This document shows positions 16,812-26,088 of a stretch of 27,347 nt of DNA, in pieces (within the stretch, counting starts at the first letter, position 1; every line of letters starts with the position of its first letter). This DNA comes from Candidatus Thorarchaeota archaeon (GTDB lineage Archaea; Asgardarchaeota; Thorarchaeia; Thorarchaeales; Thorarchaeaceae), in assembly GCA_016839445.1 (NCBI GenBank), contig JAEOUG010000097.1:1-27347 (forward strand), in the 5' to 3' direction. The notes beneath the pieces are model-generated. The model saw only the letters and a list, made by a program, of their open reading frames with translations. It was not told where the DNA came from and did no database searches. Both the position numbers and the translations under genes were made by a program.

Positions 16812-17174
16812 ATGTCGGCCAGCAGAATACCTGGAGAGATTGGTGCCACCGAGTACGTCTATCTCATACTCTACAGGCTCAAGACGCTCACTGACGACGA
16901 GAAGCATGAATGGTTCAAGTCGTGGAGTGAGATCCGGAGGTCTCTGCCTGATGGCATGAAGATTGTCACAGAGGCGTCGAGCGCCTTTGGCACCGAGTAC
17001 ACTGGCTTCACAGTCTATGAAGGTCCGCTTGACAAGTTCGAGGCCCTCGTAGACATCCTTGAAGAGCACTCCAAGTGTTGCGTGGAGAAGACCCTTACCA
17101 TCATCGGTACTCGAGGATTCTCTCTGCCCACTGCCGAATTCCAGAAGATCATTGAAGGAAGACCTGTGGACTAG
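16812..17174 (+). CDS. Hypothetical protein, possible ferredoxin-like/dimeric alpha-beta barrel fold (GYD/chlorite-dismutase-like)
   Basis: beta-alpha-beta-beta-alpha-beta pattern (YLILYRL..., GMKIV, G.EY.GFTVYE, TLTIIG); start uncertain because 16791 is too close to the TATA box. Confidence 0.7.
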   Translation: MSASRIPGEIGATEYVYLILYRLKTLTDDEKHEWFKSWSEIRRSLPDGMKIVTEASSAFGTEYTGFTVYEGPLDKFEALVDILEEHSKCCVEKTLTIIGTRGFSLPTAEFQKIIEGRPVD

Positions 17175-17233
17175 ATGTTGCCGCAGAGGACGGTTTTATA
17201 GTAAGAGAAGAAGCGAGTCTGTCGAGCCCGGGA

Positions 17234-19009
17234 GTGTCCAAGCGAATGGTGTACAAGTTCTCGAGAAAGACTGCTGCCATACTCCTCTTCACAGTCGCAG
17301 CTGGGCTTGTGCTCTACAACATCGCTCCTCCAGAGATGGACCCCGGCGTCTATCCTGTCGATTTACGAATCACGAGTGCCGGCATCACAGTTGAAACGAG
17401 CTTCAATGTTACTCTCGTAGCAGAGGGCGATCCCATACGGACCACAACGCATCTTGTTGGCTCCGGTACGAATATCACCGTCACAGTACCCGTCCAGGTT
17501 GTCATAGCTCCCGACAATCCAGTGCGTTTTGTACTAGCGGCCACTGGGGCGTCGGTCCACTCCAGTGAGATAATCCTCTTCTTCCGTTCCTCAGAGGGCA
17601 TGAACATAACTCTCCGTCCCACGAGACAGGCTGGACAGACCTTCACTGTCGAGTATCAGCCCCTTGTGAACTCACAGGCCGCAGTCATGATACTGGCAGT
17701 CGTTGCCATACTGTGGTTCTCCGAAGGCATCAGCCTTGTAGCTACATCAATGCTCATACCTATACTCATCGTGCTCAGCGACATTCGCACTCCGAGTCAG
17801 GCCTTGGCTCCGTTCTTTGACCCCGCAGTAGCCCTGATCTTCGGAGGTTTCCTAATTGGACGTGCGCTCACGAAGTACGAGCTGGACAAGCGTCTGGCCT
17901 TGATGATACTCTCACGCAGCAGCGGTTCAGGCTCCACGCTCATCCTGACTGTTATGGGTGTCACGGCTTTCCTCTCGATGTGGATCAGCAATACTGCTTC
18001 TGCAGCTATCATGATACCGATTGCGCTTGCTGTAATCAGTCGGATTCGGAATGAGGAAATCAGAGGCAAGTACGGGAAGGCTCTGGTACTAGGCGTAGCA
18101 TACTCTGCCACTCTTGGAGGAGTGGCCAGCCTTGTTGGTTCTCCTCCAAATCCTCTAGCGGCAACCTACATCAACTCGTTTCTAGGTGTTGAGTTCTCCT
18201 TCATCAGTTGGATTCCGTTCGGGCTTCCTGTTGTACTGATTCTGCTGCCGCTAATCTGGCAGTGGATTCTGTTTCGGTTCAAAATCCCAAAGGAGATTGA
18301 GGAGATCGACCGTCTGCAAGAAATCTCCTTGAAGGAGTATCTGAAACTGGGCCCTATGCCCACGGAGCAGAAGCTTGTGGTTGGCGTTTTCATCAGCGTG
18401 ATAGTGCTGTGGTTCACCGAGCAGCTGCCTGATTTCATCGCCAACGCCATTGGTTGGTCTGGCCACGGAATCTCCAGCTCCATTGTGGCTCTGGTTGGTG
18501 GATTGACCCTCATGATCCTGCGGCTCTTGGATGAGAAGGATGTGTCTTCTGGAATAGGCTGGTCCTCTCTCCTCATTCTAGGGAGCGGCATTGCCCTGGG
18601 TGGTGCAATGATTGACACAGGTCTCTCAGCCTACCTAGCACTTCAGATGAGTGGCCTTGGCATGTTTCCGCCCATGGTCGTGGTCATGGTGGTTGGGCTA
18701 GTGGCGGTACTGGTCACCATGGTGGCGTCCAACACGGGAGCAGCTGTAATCCTTATTCCCATTGCCATTCCTTTGGCCACAGAGCTGGGCATAGACCCGC
18801 TTCTGATTACCATGGTGATTGCTATTGCAGTTTCGATGGACTTCGCATTACCCACGGGCACTCCCCCCTCAACGATTGCCTACAGCACTGGCAAGGTCCA
18901 GATGAGGGAGATGGTCACAACAGGTCTCATCGTGGATCTCATAGCCGTGCTCGTGGTCACCATCGTAGCAGTCCTCCTCTGGGCTCTCCTTGGTCTCGTG
19001 GTTCTCTAG
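17234..19009 (+). CDS. DASS/SLC13-family sodium-coupled anion (di/tricarboxylate or sulfate) symporter with an extra N-terminal extracellular domain
   Basis: LSMWISNTAS, GSPPN, ASNT and LPTGTPP motifs; ggttttata TATA at ~17192. Confidence 0.92.
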   Translation: MSKRMVYKFSRKTAAILLFTVAAGLVLYNIAPPEMDPGVYPVDLRITSAGITVETSFNVTLVAEGDPIRTTTHLVGSGTNITVTVPVQVVIAPDNPVRFVLAATGASVHSSEIILFFRSSEGMNITLRPTRQAGQTFTVEYQPLVNSQAAVMILAVVAILWFSEGISLVATSMLIPILIVLSDIRTPSQALAPFFDPAVALIFGGFLIGRALTKYELDKRLALMILSRSSGSGSTLILTVMGVTAFLSMWISNTASAAIMIPIALAVISRIRNEEIRGKYGKALVLGVAYSATLGGVASLVGSPPNPLAATYINSFLGVEFSFISWIPFGLPVVLILLPLIWQWILFRFKIPKEIEEIDRLQEISLKEYLKLGPMPTEQKLVVGVFISVIVLWFTEQLPDFIANAIGWSGHGISSSIVALVGGLTLMILRLLDEKDVSSGIGWSSLLILGSGIALGGAMIDTGLSAYLALQMSGLGMFPPMVVVMVVGLVAVLVTMVASNTGAAVILIPIAIPLATELGIDPLLITMVIAIAVSMDFALPTGTPPSTIAYSTGKVQMREMVTTGLIVDLIAVLVVTIVAVLLWALLGLVVL

Positions 19010-19031
19010 GATGCGAAACGGCGGGGAGCGC

Positions 19032-19044
19032 AAAGGGTTTAAAT
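19032..19044 (+). promoter_or_regulatory. BRE/TATA promoter
   Basis: aaagggtttaaat about 35 nt upstream of ATG 19079. Confidence 0.65.
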
Positions 19045-19078
19045 CGCAGGCCATACCGACCTCGCGCAGGTCACGAAG

Positions 19079-19843
19079 ATGAGTTGGATTGCCAAGATAA
19101 TCAAACAGACCCCCGATGAGTACTCCCAGGCCAGACTAGTCAAGTACGGGTTGGGCGAACATGTCGGCCCACGTGTGAAGCTGACATTCAGCAAGTCGAG
19201 TATCAAGTTCAAGGCAGACTTGGACATGGAGAAGGCTCTGCTGAGCGCTTATCTCGCAGGTGCGCCCAAAGGGTCTCACAAAGTCAAAGGCAACATCATC
19301 ACCTACGATGACCGTCGGGACGTCTTCTCAGGGCTGACAATGCCCTTGGATTGGAAGCGGTCTGCTGGCAAGTACAAGTCCAATGTAAGTGAGTCCGCTC
19401 CTCTAGAACACATCAGTGAGCTGCTCAAGGTTGCAGACCCTACAACCTTCTATCTTCTGTCCGTGAACCCCTCTTCAGGCGGCACGCCTTGGAAGATTGC
19501 GACAAAGACATCCTTTCCGAAGGGTGCTCCTTCTGGAGGAGAGGAGGAAGCGGACGAGAAGGACCCGAGTTTCAGCAAGGGGGCCTTCGCCAACACTCCT
19601 GAGATAATGGACTTCATGCTTGATACGTTCGTTCCTGACTTCCGGGACAAAGTAGGGCCAAAGACAAAGAAGGTCAATGTCTGGAATACTATTGTCATTG
19701 AGGACATCGAGATTTCGAAAGACCCGAAGCTCAGCATCGCAGACAAGAGACGCCTGGCGAAGAAGCGCGGGAAGCTGCTAAGGACAGTCCAGATTGATGA
19801 CGAGGAGTTCAAGCAGGAGTATTCCTTTACGGTCGGGGACTGA
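19079..19843 (+). CDS. Hypothetical Lys-rich soluble protein
   Basis: 254-aa ORF with its own promoter; basic C-terminal motif KRRLAKKRGKLLR. Confidence 0.85.
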   Translation: MSWIAKIIKQTPDEYSQARLVKYGLGEHVGPRVKLTFSKSSIKFKADLDMEKALLSAYLAGAPKGSHKVKGNIITYDDRRDVFSGLTMPLDWKRSAGKYKSNVSESAPLEHISELLKVADPTTFYLLSVNPSSGGTPWKIATKTSFPKGAPSGGEEEADEKDPSFSKGAFANTPEIMDFMLDTFVPDFRDKVGPKTKKVNVWNTIVIEDIEISKDPKLSIADKRRLAKKRGKLLRTVQIDDEEFKQEYSFTVGD

Positions 19844-19854
19844 AACGTTTAAAT
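19842..19854 (+). promoter_or_regulatory. BRE/TATA promoter of the OST5-like gene
   Basis: gaaacgtttaaat about 37 nt upstream of ATG 19891. Confidence 0.65.
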
Positions 19855-19890
19855 TGGGAACGAAGTGCGAGGCTAGTCGAGGCTGAAAAT

Positions 19891-20091
19891 ATGCTCCAAG
19901 GACTTGAGGCCAGTTACTTCGGTGTGTCAATTCTCTTCCTGTTTCTCGGTCTGTTCTCGATCGCATGGCTAGTCGTGCACATTGAGCATGGCCGACACAT
20001 CTCGAGGTTCCGGGTGGCATCCGCAATCATCCTGGGAGCTCTCTTCCTTGGCTTCGGCATCCACTTCCTCCTTCTCTCAAATGGTGTCTAG
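19891..20091 (+). CDS. ost5: OST5/TMEM258-like oligosaccharyltransferase small subunit (2-TM hairpin)
   Basis: G.F..AW..V in TM1 and LF.GFG..FLLL..GV at the C-terminus match the TMEM258 pattern as recalled. Confidence 0.75.
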   Translation: MLQGLEASYFGVSILFLFLGLFSIAWLVVHIEHGRHISRFRVASAIILGALFLGFGIHFLLLSNGV

Positions 20092-20105
20092 TCTAGGCCC
20101 ATCCA

Positions 20106-20930
20106 CTAATGCGACACTCTCTGAAACCAGTTAACTACGGTCTTCATGGTTACCTCGTAGGCTCTGGGATCCGAAAGAGCATGGTTTGCGCCTTCGACAA
20201 CTACTAGATTCTTCGGCTCTCCGGCACGTTCATACAGTCTCTTGACGCCGCCTAGGCCAATTCCCACATCCTCGCTTCCATGAACTATGAGCAGAGGCCT
20301 TGGAGCAATGTCAGCTATCCTGTCCATCGGATTGTGTGTTTCTGCATCAGTCACCATTCTTTGGAGGGCGTTCTCTCGTATTTCAGGGTCCTCAAGGCCA
20401 TGCAATTGGCCTGGCTCGTTCTCAATTAGATACTCGACATTCGGCCTGATCAGTGGCGACTTCGCGAACCAGAGTGTGTCGTAGACAGGAGCTCGAAGGC
20501 AGACCGCGCGTATCCTCGAGTCCTCAGCAGCGGCACATACTGCGACGGCACCACCATAGCTGGCTCCGTAGACACCTATCCAATTCTCCTTCACAAGCCC
20601 AGATTTCTGGAGGTGCGAAACAGCAGCTTCTGCATCGATAATCTCTCCTGAAAGCGAGAATGTCCCCTCACTCTCTCTGAACCCTCTGAAGTCAAATGTG
20701 AGAACGACGAAGCCCGCCTTGGCCAGAAGAGTCGCTACTCCTCCCGTCTGGTTCCTTCCTCCTGGAAGCCCATGAAACTTGCAGACTCCTGGAAACGGAC
20801 CCTCTGACTTCGGCCTGACGAAGTTGCCCTTGATGAGTTGCTCGTCAGAACGGAATTCAGTAGGGGTCACCAAGATGTCCATACTCATCGTTTCCAACCC
20901 GCTGGATTTGAGACTTCCGACAGGCTTCAT
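20106..20930 (-). CDS. Alpha/beta-fold serine hydrolase
   Basis: HGLPG, FDFRG..ESEG, nucleophile GASYG, HGSED and GANH; true start may be ATG ~20888. Confidence 0.92.
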   Translation of the reverse strand: MKPVGSLKSSGLETMSMDILVTPTEFRSDEQLIKGNFVRPKSEGPFPGVCKFHGLPGGRNQTGGVATLLAKAGFVVLTFDFRGFRESEGTFSLSGEIIDAEAAVSHLQKSGLVKENWIGVYGASYGGAVAVCAAAEDSRIRAVCLRAPVYDTLWFAKSPLIRPNVEYLIENEPGQLHGLEDPEIRENALQRMVTDAETHNPMDRIADIAPRPLLIVHGSEDVGIGLGGVKRLYERAGEPKNLVVVEGANHALSDPRAYEVTMKTVVNWFQRVSH

Positions 20931-21045
20931 GCTTCTGACTGGGTCTCTTTCAGAATCCCCGATGTCCTACGCACGAAATACCGTTATTTAGCAACCGACC
21001 TATCTCCTCGTGCTGTTCTCAGCGGATAGCAGATTTCAGAAGGAA

Positions 21046-22260
21046 ATGAGGCATTCCCACGTGCTAAGAGAGCCGGACATCCAGAAACTGGCAATCGAGA
21101 GCCGCCAAAAGCTTGTGCAGGAATTCGCCGAGACCTACGCCAACCTCAGAGAACGTGTAAAACGCGTCCCTGATGGAGATGCAAGACGAATATCCGAAGA
21201 GCTCTCATGTCCCCTAGAGGTGGCCATGATTGCCTACTTGATTGAGATGGATGGAATAAAGAAAGCACGCGAGGCTGTTGGTCTCATGGCGGAGGAACTC
21301 AACCGCCGTTCTGAGGTCGGCGAGGCTGTTCCCAATCTTCCAGGTAATGTAATGGAGTTCGCTCTTGTAGAAGGAAGATGGATTTCTCATGTCAACGGCC
21401 CCTTCCTTCGATCCGTTGAGCTTCAGGTCCGGGGTCTTGCCAATGAAGAGGAATCTGTGGGCCAGGGAGAGCTTGAGGTTGAGAAGGCTCTGTCAATTAT
21501 CGCGGCACGCACAAAGATCGCAGAGACCCTCATAGCCCCGGCCGTACAGGAGTGGCTACATGAGCATGTTGAATCACACAGCTCTAATGTTCTACGAGTC
21601 TTCGGAATGGCCATAACCAAGTGGAATCAAAGCACTCTGAATGGCAAGTTCAAACAGATGCAGAGGAGATGTGTCGCGTTCTTCAGAATGCTCCGCGAGA
21701 TACTGACTACTGCATCGGACTCCTTCACAATTGATGCCTCCATCTCGCGCTTGGACTCACTTATCGGTGAGTTGGAGGGGCCTTTCGACGCGATGTCTGT
21801 TCGGGCAGTCTCACACTTCCTGCTTCACTTGACTCCTCGCCCCACTTCAGTTCGGGGGGACCGTTCACAATTCGTGGATATTGGCATAGGGTCCACTAGG
21901 GGGAACAAAGCGGAGCCAGACCTCTCATCACCCTTTGACTTCCTGGAGCGCGATGTCAAACTTGCAGCTCGGAGGCAGGGAGAGGAGAGGGAGAAGTACC
22001 TTCAGGAGCGGATTGGACGAGTCGTGCGAGTCCTGAAGTATCAGGGCAACACCGTAATCGACTGCGTTGAGAGCTGCATGAAGGAACTCCAAGACAGGTT
22101 TGGCCTTGGAGACATGCCTTTGACCCACATGTTGGAGAGTAACCGCGAGAGAATGATCGAGGCACCGATTGCAGAACGTGACTCACTTGCTGTATCGCTT
22201 ATTCATGATTTCATCCTCATGAAGATCTATGGAGAGGAGGTCTTGACAGATGGCTCCTAA
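21046..22260 (+). CDS. Hypothetical all-alpha-helical protein
   Basis: Long ORF overlapping the next gene by 11 nt; start uncertain (21010, 21046 or 21061). Confidence 0.85.
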   Translation: MRHSHVLREPDIQKLAIESRQKLVQEFAETYANLRERVKRVPDGDARRISEELSCPLEVAMIAYLIEMDGIKKAREAVGLMAEELNRRSEVGEAVPNLPGNVMEFALVEGRWISHVNGPFLRSVELQVRGLANEEESVGQGELEVEKALSIIAARTKIAETLIAPAVQEWLHEHVESHSSNVLRVFGMAITKWNQSTLNGKFKQMQRRCVAFFRMLREILTTASDSFTIDASISRLDSLIGELEGPFDAMSVRAVSHFLLHLTPRPTSVRGDRSQFVDIGIGSTRGNKAEPDLSSPFDFLERDVKLAARRQGEEREKYLQERIGRVVRVLKYQGNTVIDCVESCMKELQDRFGLGDMPLTHMLESNRERMIEAPIAERDSLAVSLIHDFILMKIYGEEVLTDGS

Positions 22261-23020
22261 GCCGATGTTCTGGCTCATTGAGGTTGAGGCGTACGACTAT
22301 AGTGTAGGCTTCATGCACAATGCAGACATCTCTGGGAAGGTTCTGATTGTATCAAGCCAGCTGTGGTCAATAATCAGGGGATCGGAGGTGTTCTCCGTTC
22401 TGATTGGCCCGGGCATCTTCAAGGGACAGGCACAGAAGGGACACATCAAGGTTGATGTCACCGAGTTCATCTCCGCCCTGATATTTGACCCCACGCGGCT
22501 CAGGTGTGATGAACCCCTTCCTCAGGTTGACATCGTGTCCCCCGAGGTCATTGATCCCACGGGTGCCGGGAAGCAGGAGGAGATTGTCACTGTCATCAGG
22601 AACCTCATTATGGAACGTGGGAACATCTTGGCTGGAGATCCTCTTGCCACTGTTAGAAGCGAGGCTGGCGTTCCGCAGACAGCTCACTACGAAGAGGTCT
22701 TCGAGAAGATTAACGTGTCACACGTATCCGGTGTCCAGAGGGCTCGGTTCATTCTCGCAGGCACAAACGGGCCGATGTACCGCGCCTATGTTGAGCACTT
22801 CGAGAAGGGCAAGTTCGACAACTGCCGCAGGACGAAAGTGATGGCGACTCCATTCAGTCGCTTTGCCAGCTTTGTGGACATCGAAGTGATGGCGAACTGG
22901 CAGATTGTTGAGAAGGCCGGGATGGATATGAAGACAGGCATCGAGGCGGTAGGCGAGGAGTACGATAGAACCTTGGACATGCTGCGAAAGGACAAAGAGA
23001 TGTTCATGTTCCCGCCCTGA
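22250..23020 (+). CDS. Hypothetical alpha/beta protein, translationally coupled to the upstream gene
   Basis: ggaggt SD inside the upstream gene; 256-aa ORF. Confidence 0.85.
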   Translation: MAPKPMFWLIEVEAYDYSVGFMHNADISGKVLIVSSQLWSIIRGSEVFSVLIGPGIFKGQAQKGHIKVDVTEFISALIFDPTRLRCDEPLPQVDIVSPEVIDPTGAGKQEEIVTVIRNLIMERGNILAGDPLATVRSEAGVPQTAHYEEVFEKINVSHVSGVQRARFILAGTNGPMYRAYVEHFEKGKFDNCRRTKVMATPFSRFASFVDIEVMANWQIVEKAGMDMKTGIEAVGEEYDRTLDMLRKDKEMFMFPP

Positions 23021-23077
23021 CCAAACCAAAACAGTCTTTGCTTGACCAGCATCCCTTCGACCTCGAGGATACACTAG

Positions 23078-25705
23078 TTGGAAGTCGCCGATGCTGACAT
23101 TCAGAGTCGTCTATCTAAGCCCTACACGCTTGTCCTACGTGACGGTAGACAAGAGCTGACTGCGAGGATGGATGTCTTCTCAGGTGTACTTCGCGATAGG
23201 CAGAGAACGCTCTTCAGCGGGATGGTTGAATTCGGAAGGAAGAGCTCAACCGATCTGCTTGAGGTTCGCAGGTTCTGGTTTGTCCGTTACAACAAGCCTG
23301 TCTACTACCAGCCCAAAGAAGCGCATGAGATTCTGAGAAAGCCAACGAGCATAATCATACCACGGGAGCAGAAGCCCCCATTCGAGTCGGAACTGAAGGA
23401 GTTTCTATCGAGGATTCAGGCGCCTACGCCTAACGTAGTCCCGACCTGTCAACACTGCATGCGCGAAGAGCGCCTCACGGTTCTCTCACGCCGGAATGCG
23501 GTCAAAGTGTCTGCCAAACAGGTATCTTGCCTTTCCTGCGCGCAGGGTGACCTCAAAACGGAGCTGAAGACCCTAGGCATTCATCTGTCAAAAGCCATGA
23601 TGAACCAACTCGAGAGACAGGTTTCCCGGGTCAAGTCTGTACCAAGAATTGTTGACATGATGACACCGGGTTTTGACCCCACGAGCGAACCCGATCTAAC
23701 TCTCGTTGACACAATCTTGGCCGAGACTCCCTCCAAGTCCATGGGCATCTCCAGTCTAGACATACCCGAGGAAATGAAACAGATCCTGAGCAAGGATGGG
23801 CTCTCCACGTTACTTCCGATTCAGAGTCAGGTTGTTGCAGCAGGGCTCTTGAAAGGGGCGAACCTTCTGATAGTAGCTTCAACATCATCTGGGAAGACAC
23901 TACTTGGCGAGCTAGCCGGGGTGCCAAAGGCATTGAACGGCAAGAAGATGATATACATGGCTCCTCTTGTTGCTCTCACAAACGAGAAGTATGAGCTGTT
24001 CAGGAAACGGTACAAGAGCATGGGGCTTCGTGTAGGCATAAAGGTCGGAATGTCGCGACTCGATGTTGGAAGTGAGGGTCGCCCTATTGTGGACACAGAC
24101 ATCAAGAAGGCTGAAATTGTTTGTGCCACCTACGAGGCATTAGATCTAGTGTTCAGATCTGGTTCCATCAGTGACCTCGGCGATGTGGGGACAGTTGTCG
24201 TGGATGAGATTCAGAATCTGGCTGATCCAGAGCGAGGTCCCGAGCTTGATGGCATCATATCCCGGATGAAGCATCACTACCCTCGAGCGCAGTTCCTAGC
24301 ATTGTCTGCCACAGTGGGTTCTCCTGAGGTCTTGGCAGAAGAACTGGGCTTCAAGCTGGTCAGCTTCGAAGGTCGTCCTGTTCCGCTTGAGCGACACCTC
24401 GTTTTTGCCAGGAGTGACGAAGACAAACGCTCAATCATCAGACGTCTGGTGAATACGGAGTTCAAACACGTAAGCAGCATGGGCAACAAAGGTCAATCAA
24501 TCATCTTCACGTATTCGAGGAGAAGGGCTCACAATCTCAGTGACTGGCTTCGTGAGCATCGAGTCTCTGCTGCTGTCTACCATGGAGGACTCTCCTACAA
24601 CAAGAGGAGAGGTGTGGAACGGAGATTCGAGAAGCAGCGGTATGCATGCGTTGTCACCACTGCTGCACTTGGCGCAGGCGTTGACCTACCTGCTTCTCAG
24701 GTCATATTCGAGTCTCTTGCCATGGGAGCGGAGTGGCTATCCACTGCGGAGTTCGAGCAGATGCTTGGCAGAGCTGGTCGCCTTGGCAAACACGATCGTG
24801 GAAGGGTCTACATTCTTGTACAGCCTGAGCGCAAGTATCACAGTGGTCAGGACAAGACTGAGGATCAGATTGCGGTAGACCTTCTGAATGGAATTGTTGA
24901 GGATGTTGAGCCGTTTGCAGACAAGGAGACTAGCGCGGAGCAGATACTAGCAACCATCTGCTCTTCTGGTCTGACAGACCTCAAAGATGTGGCCAGGGCT
25001 TACAAGAAGATGCTCTCCATGTCTGTTCCGCCATCAGACGCGTTGAAGCATCTTGTTCGCACCTACATGGTCCGCGTCAAAGATGGCAAGATTCATCCAA
25101 CGGAGCTAGGCACTGCCACCTCCCTGTCGTTCCTGCCCCCGAGCAAGGGCTTGGAGGTCCTCAAACTGACCGCTTCCTATGATGTTCTGGACATAGCGAT
25201 TCTTCTGGAGCCCTTCGAGAATGTGTATCTCAGCGCCAAGCTTCAGGAAGAGATCAACAGCGCCTTCCGCACGTATATGCCCACCCGGCTCTTCTCTGGA
25301 GTGTTCAGCGAGATAAGCGATCTCACTCGGCCTCATAGTGGCGCAGGAAGACTTCCTCAGTGGGTCTTTGAGGTCTTCGGCAAGTGGACTACGTCCATCT
25401 TCAACTGTGGATGCCGTGAGTATCCGGAGTGTGACCACGGGAAGATTGCCTTGGGGAGGTGGCTAGTGGAGAAGCGGAAGAGCGGGCTGAACCCCTCGGG
25501 ACTGGCCGGGCAGCTACACAATGAGTTTGAGCTTTGGGCCTATCCGGGCGACCTCTTCTCATGGTTGGATTCACTAATCCACAATCTGAAGGCCGTGCAA
25601 CGCATCGCCAACACAGCAGGGAAAACGGACCTGAGCGTAGCCATCGATGAGCAGATAGAGCAGATCGAGAGTCCTCACGGTAATAGTGCTGAAGACACTA
25701 GCTAG
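23078..25705 (+). CDS. Archaea-specific Ski2-like SF2 helicase (COG1202/ASH-Ski2, DUF5814-type C-terminus)
   Basis: Q motif LLPIQ, STSSGKT, VVDEIQ, LSAT, YHGGL, QMLGRAGR; N-terminal CQHC...CLSC; C-terminal CGC..YPECDH and AYPGDLFSWL. Confidence 0.92.
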   Translation: MEVADADIQSRLSKPYTLVLRDGRQELTARMDVFSGVLRDRQRTLFSGMVEFGRKSSTDLLEVRRFWFVRYNKPVYYQPKEAHEILRKPTSIIIPREQKPPFESELKEFLSRIQAPTPNVVPTCQHCMREERLTVLSRRNAVKVSAKQVSCLSCAQGDLKTELKTLGIHLSKAMMNQLERQVSRVKSVPRIVDMMTPGFDPTSEPDLTLVDTILAETPSKSMGISSLDIPEEMKQILSKDGLSTLLPIQSQVVAAGLLKGANLLIVASTSSGKTLLGELAGVPKALNGKKMIYMAPLVALTNEKYELFRKRYKSMGLRVGIKVGMSRLDVGSEGRPIVDTDIKKAEIVCATYEALDLVFRSGSISDLGDVGTVVVDEIQNLADPERGPELDGIISRMKHHYPRAQFLALSATVGSPEVLAEELGFKLVSFEGRPVPLERHLVFARSDEDKRSIIRRLVNTEFKHVSSMGNKGQSIIFTYSRRRAHNLSDWLREHRVSAAVYHGGLSYNKRRGVERRFEKQRYACVVTTAALGAGVDLPASQVIFESLAMGAEWLSTAEFEQMLGRAGRLGKHDRGRVYILVQPERKYHSGQDKTEDQIAVDLLNGIVEDVEPFADKETSAEQILATICSSGLTDLKDVARAYKKMLSMSVPPSDALKHLVRTYMVRVKDGKIHPTELGTATSLSFLPPSKGLEVLKLTASYDVLDIAILLEPFENVYLSAKLQEEINSAFRTYMPTRLFSGVFSEISDLTRPHSGAGRLPQWVFEVFGKWTTSIFNCGCREYPECDHGKIALGRWLVEKRKSGLNPSGLAGQLHNEFELWAYPGDLFSWLDSLIHNLKAVQRIANTAGKTDLSVAIDEQIEQIESPHGNSAEDTS

Positions 25706-25964
25706 TCAATCGGTCCTTCTCAATCTCGAATAGAACCCTGATGTTTCCAACCGCCTCGGGAGGCATGGAGTCCAGATTCAGGTCCAACCATCTGTGAAGG
25801 TCTCGTCGGATTGCCTCCTTAGTGTCCAGAGGGTCCGGAAGCTCAGATCGGTCATTGGAGACAAGGTGGAAATGACTGCAGCCGCAACTGCAGGATCCCT
25901 CGAGCACCATGTCGATGTCGTCAGAGGACTTTCCACAATTCCTACATACGAACAGCAAGAGCAC
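25698..25964 (-). CDS. Small zinc-ribbon protein
   Basis: CRNC-x13-CSCG then a helical tail; start GTG 25964 or TTG 25958 after ggagtga; the 26141 extension is rejected. Confidence 0.75.
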   Translation of the reverse strand: MLLLFVCRNCGKSSDDIDMVLEGSCSCGCSHFHLVSNDRSELPDPLDTKEAIRRDLHRWLDLNLDSMPPEAVGNIRVLFEIEKDRLTS

Positions 25965-26088
25965 TTCACTCCACAGAAATACGTGCTCCACAAATCTATG
26001 AGCTTTGGTATCGCTTGGATAATACTGACTTACACTCATGGCTAGACTTATCTGGCGCGCTTGTCGCACCCCTCTCTGGTGGTGCGCG

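Noticed and set aside
22550-22580. DPTGAGKQ resembles a Walker A motif
   Set aside because: It lacks the first G/A and the terminal S/T, and no Walker B context is evident; probably chance.
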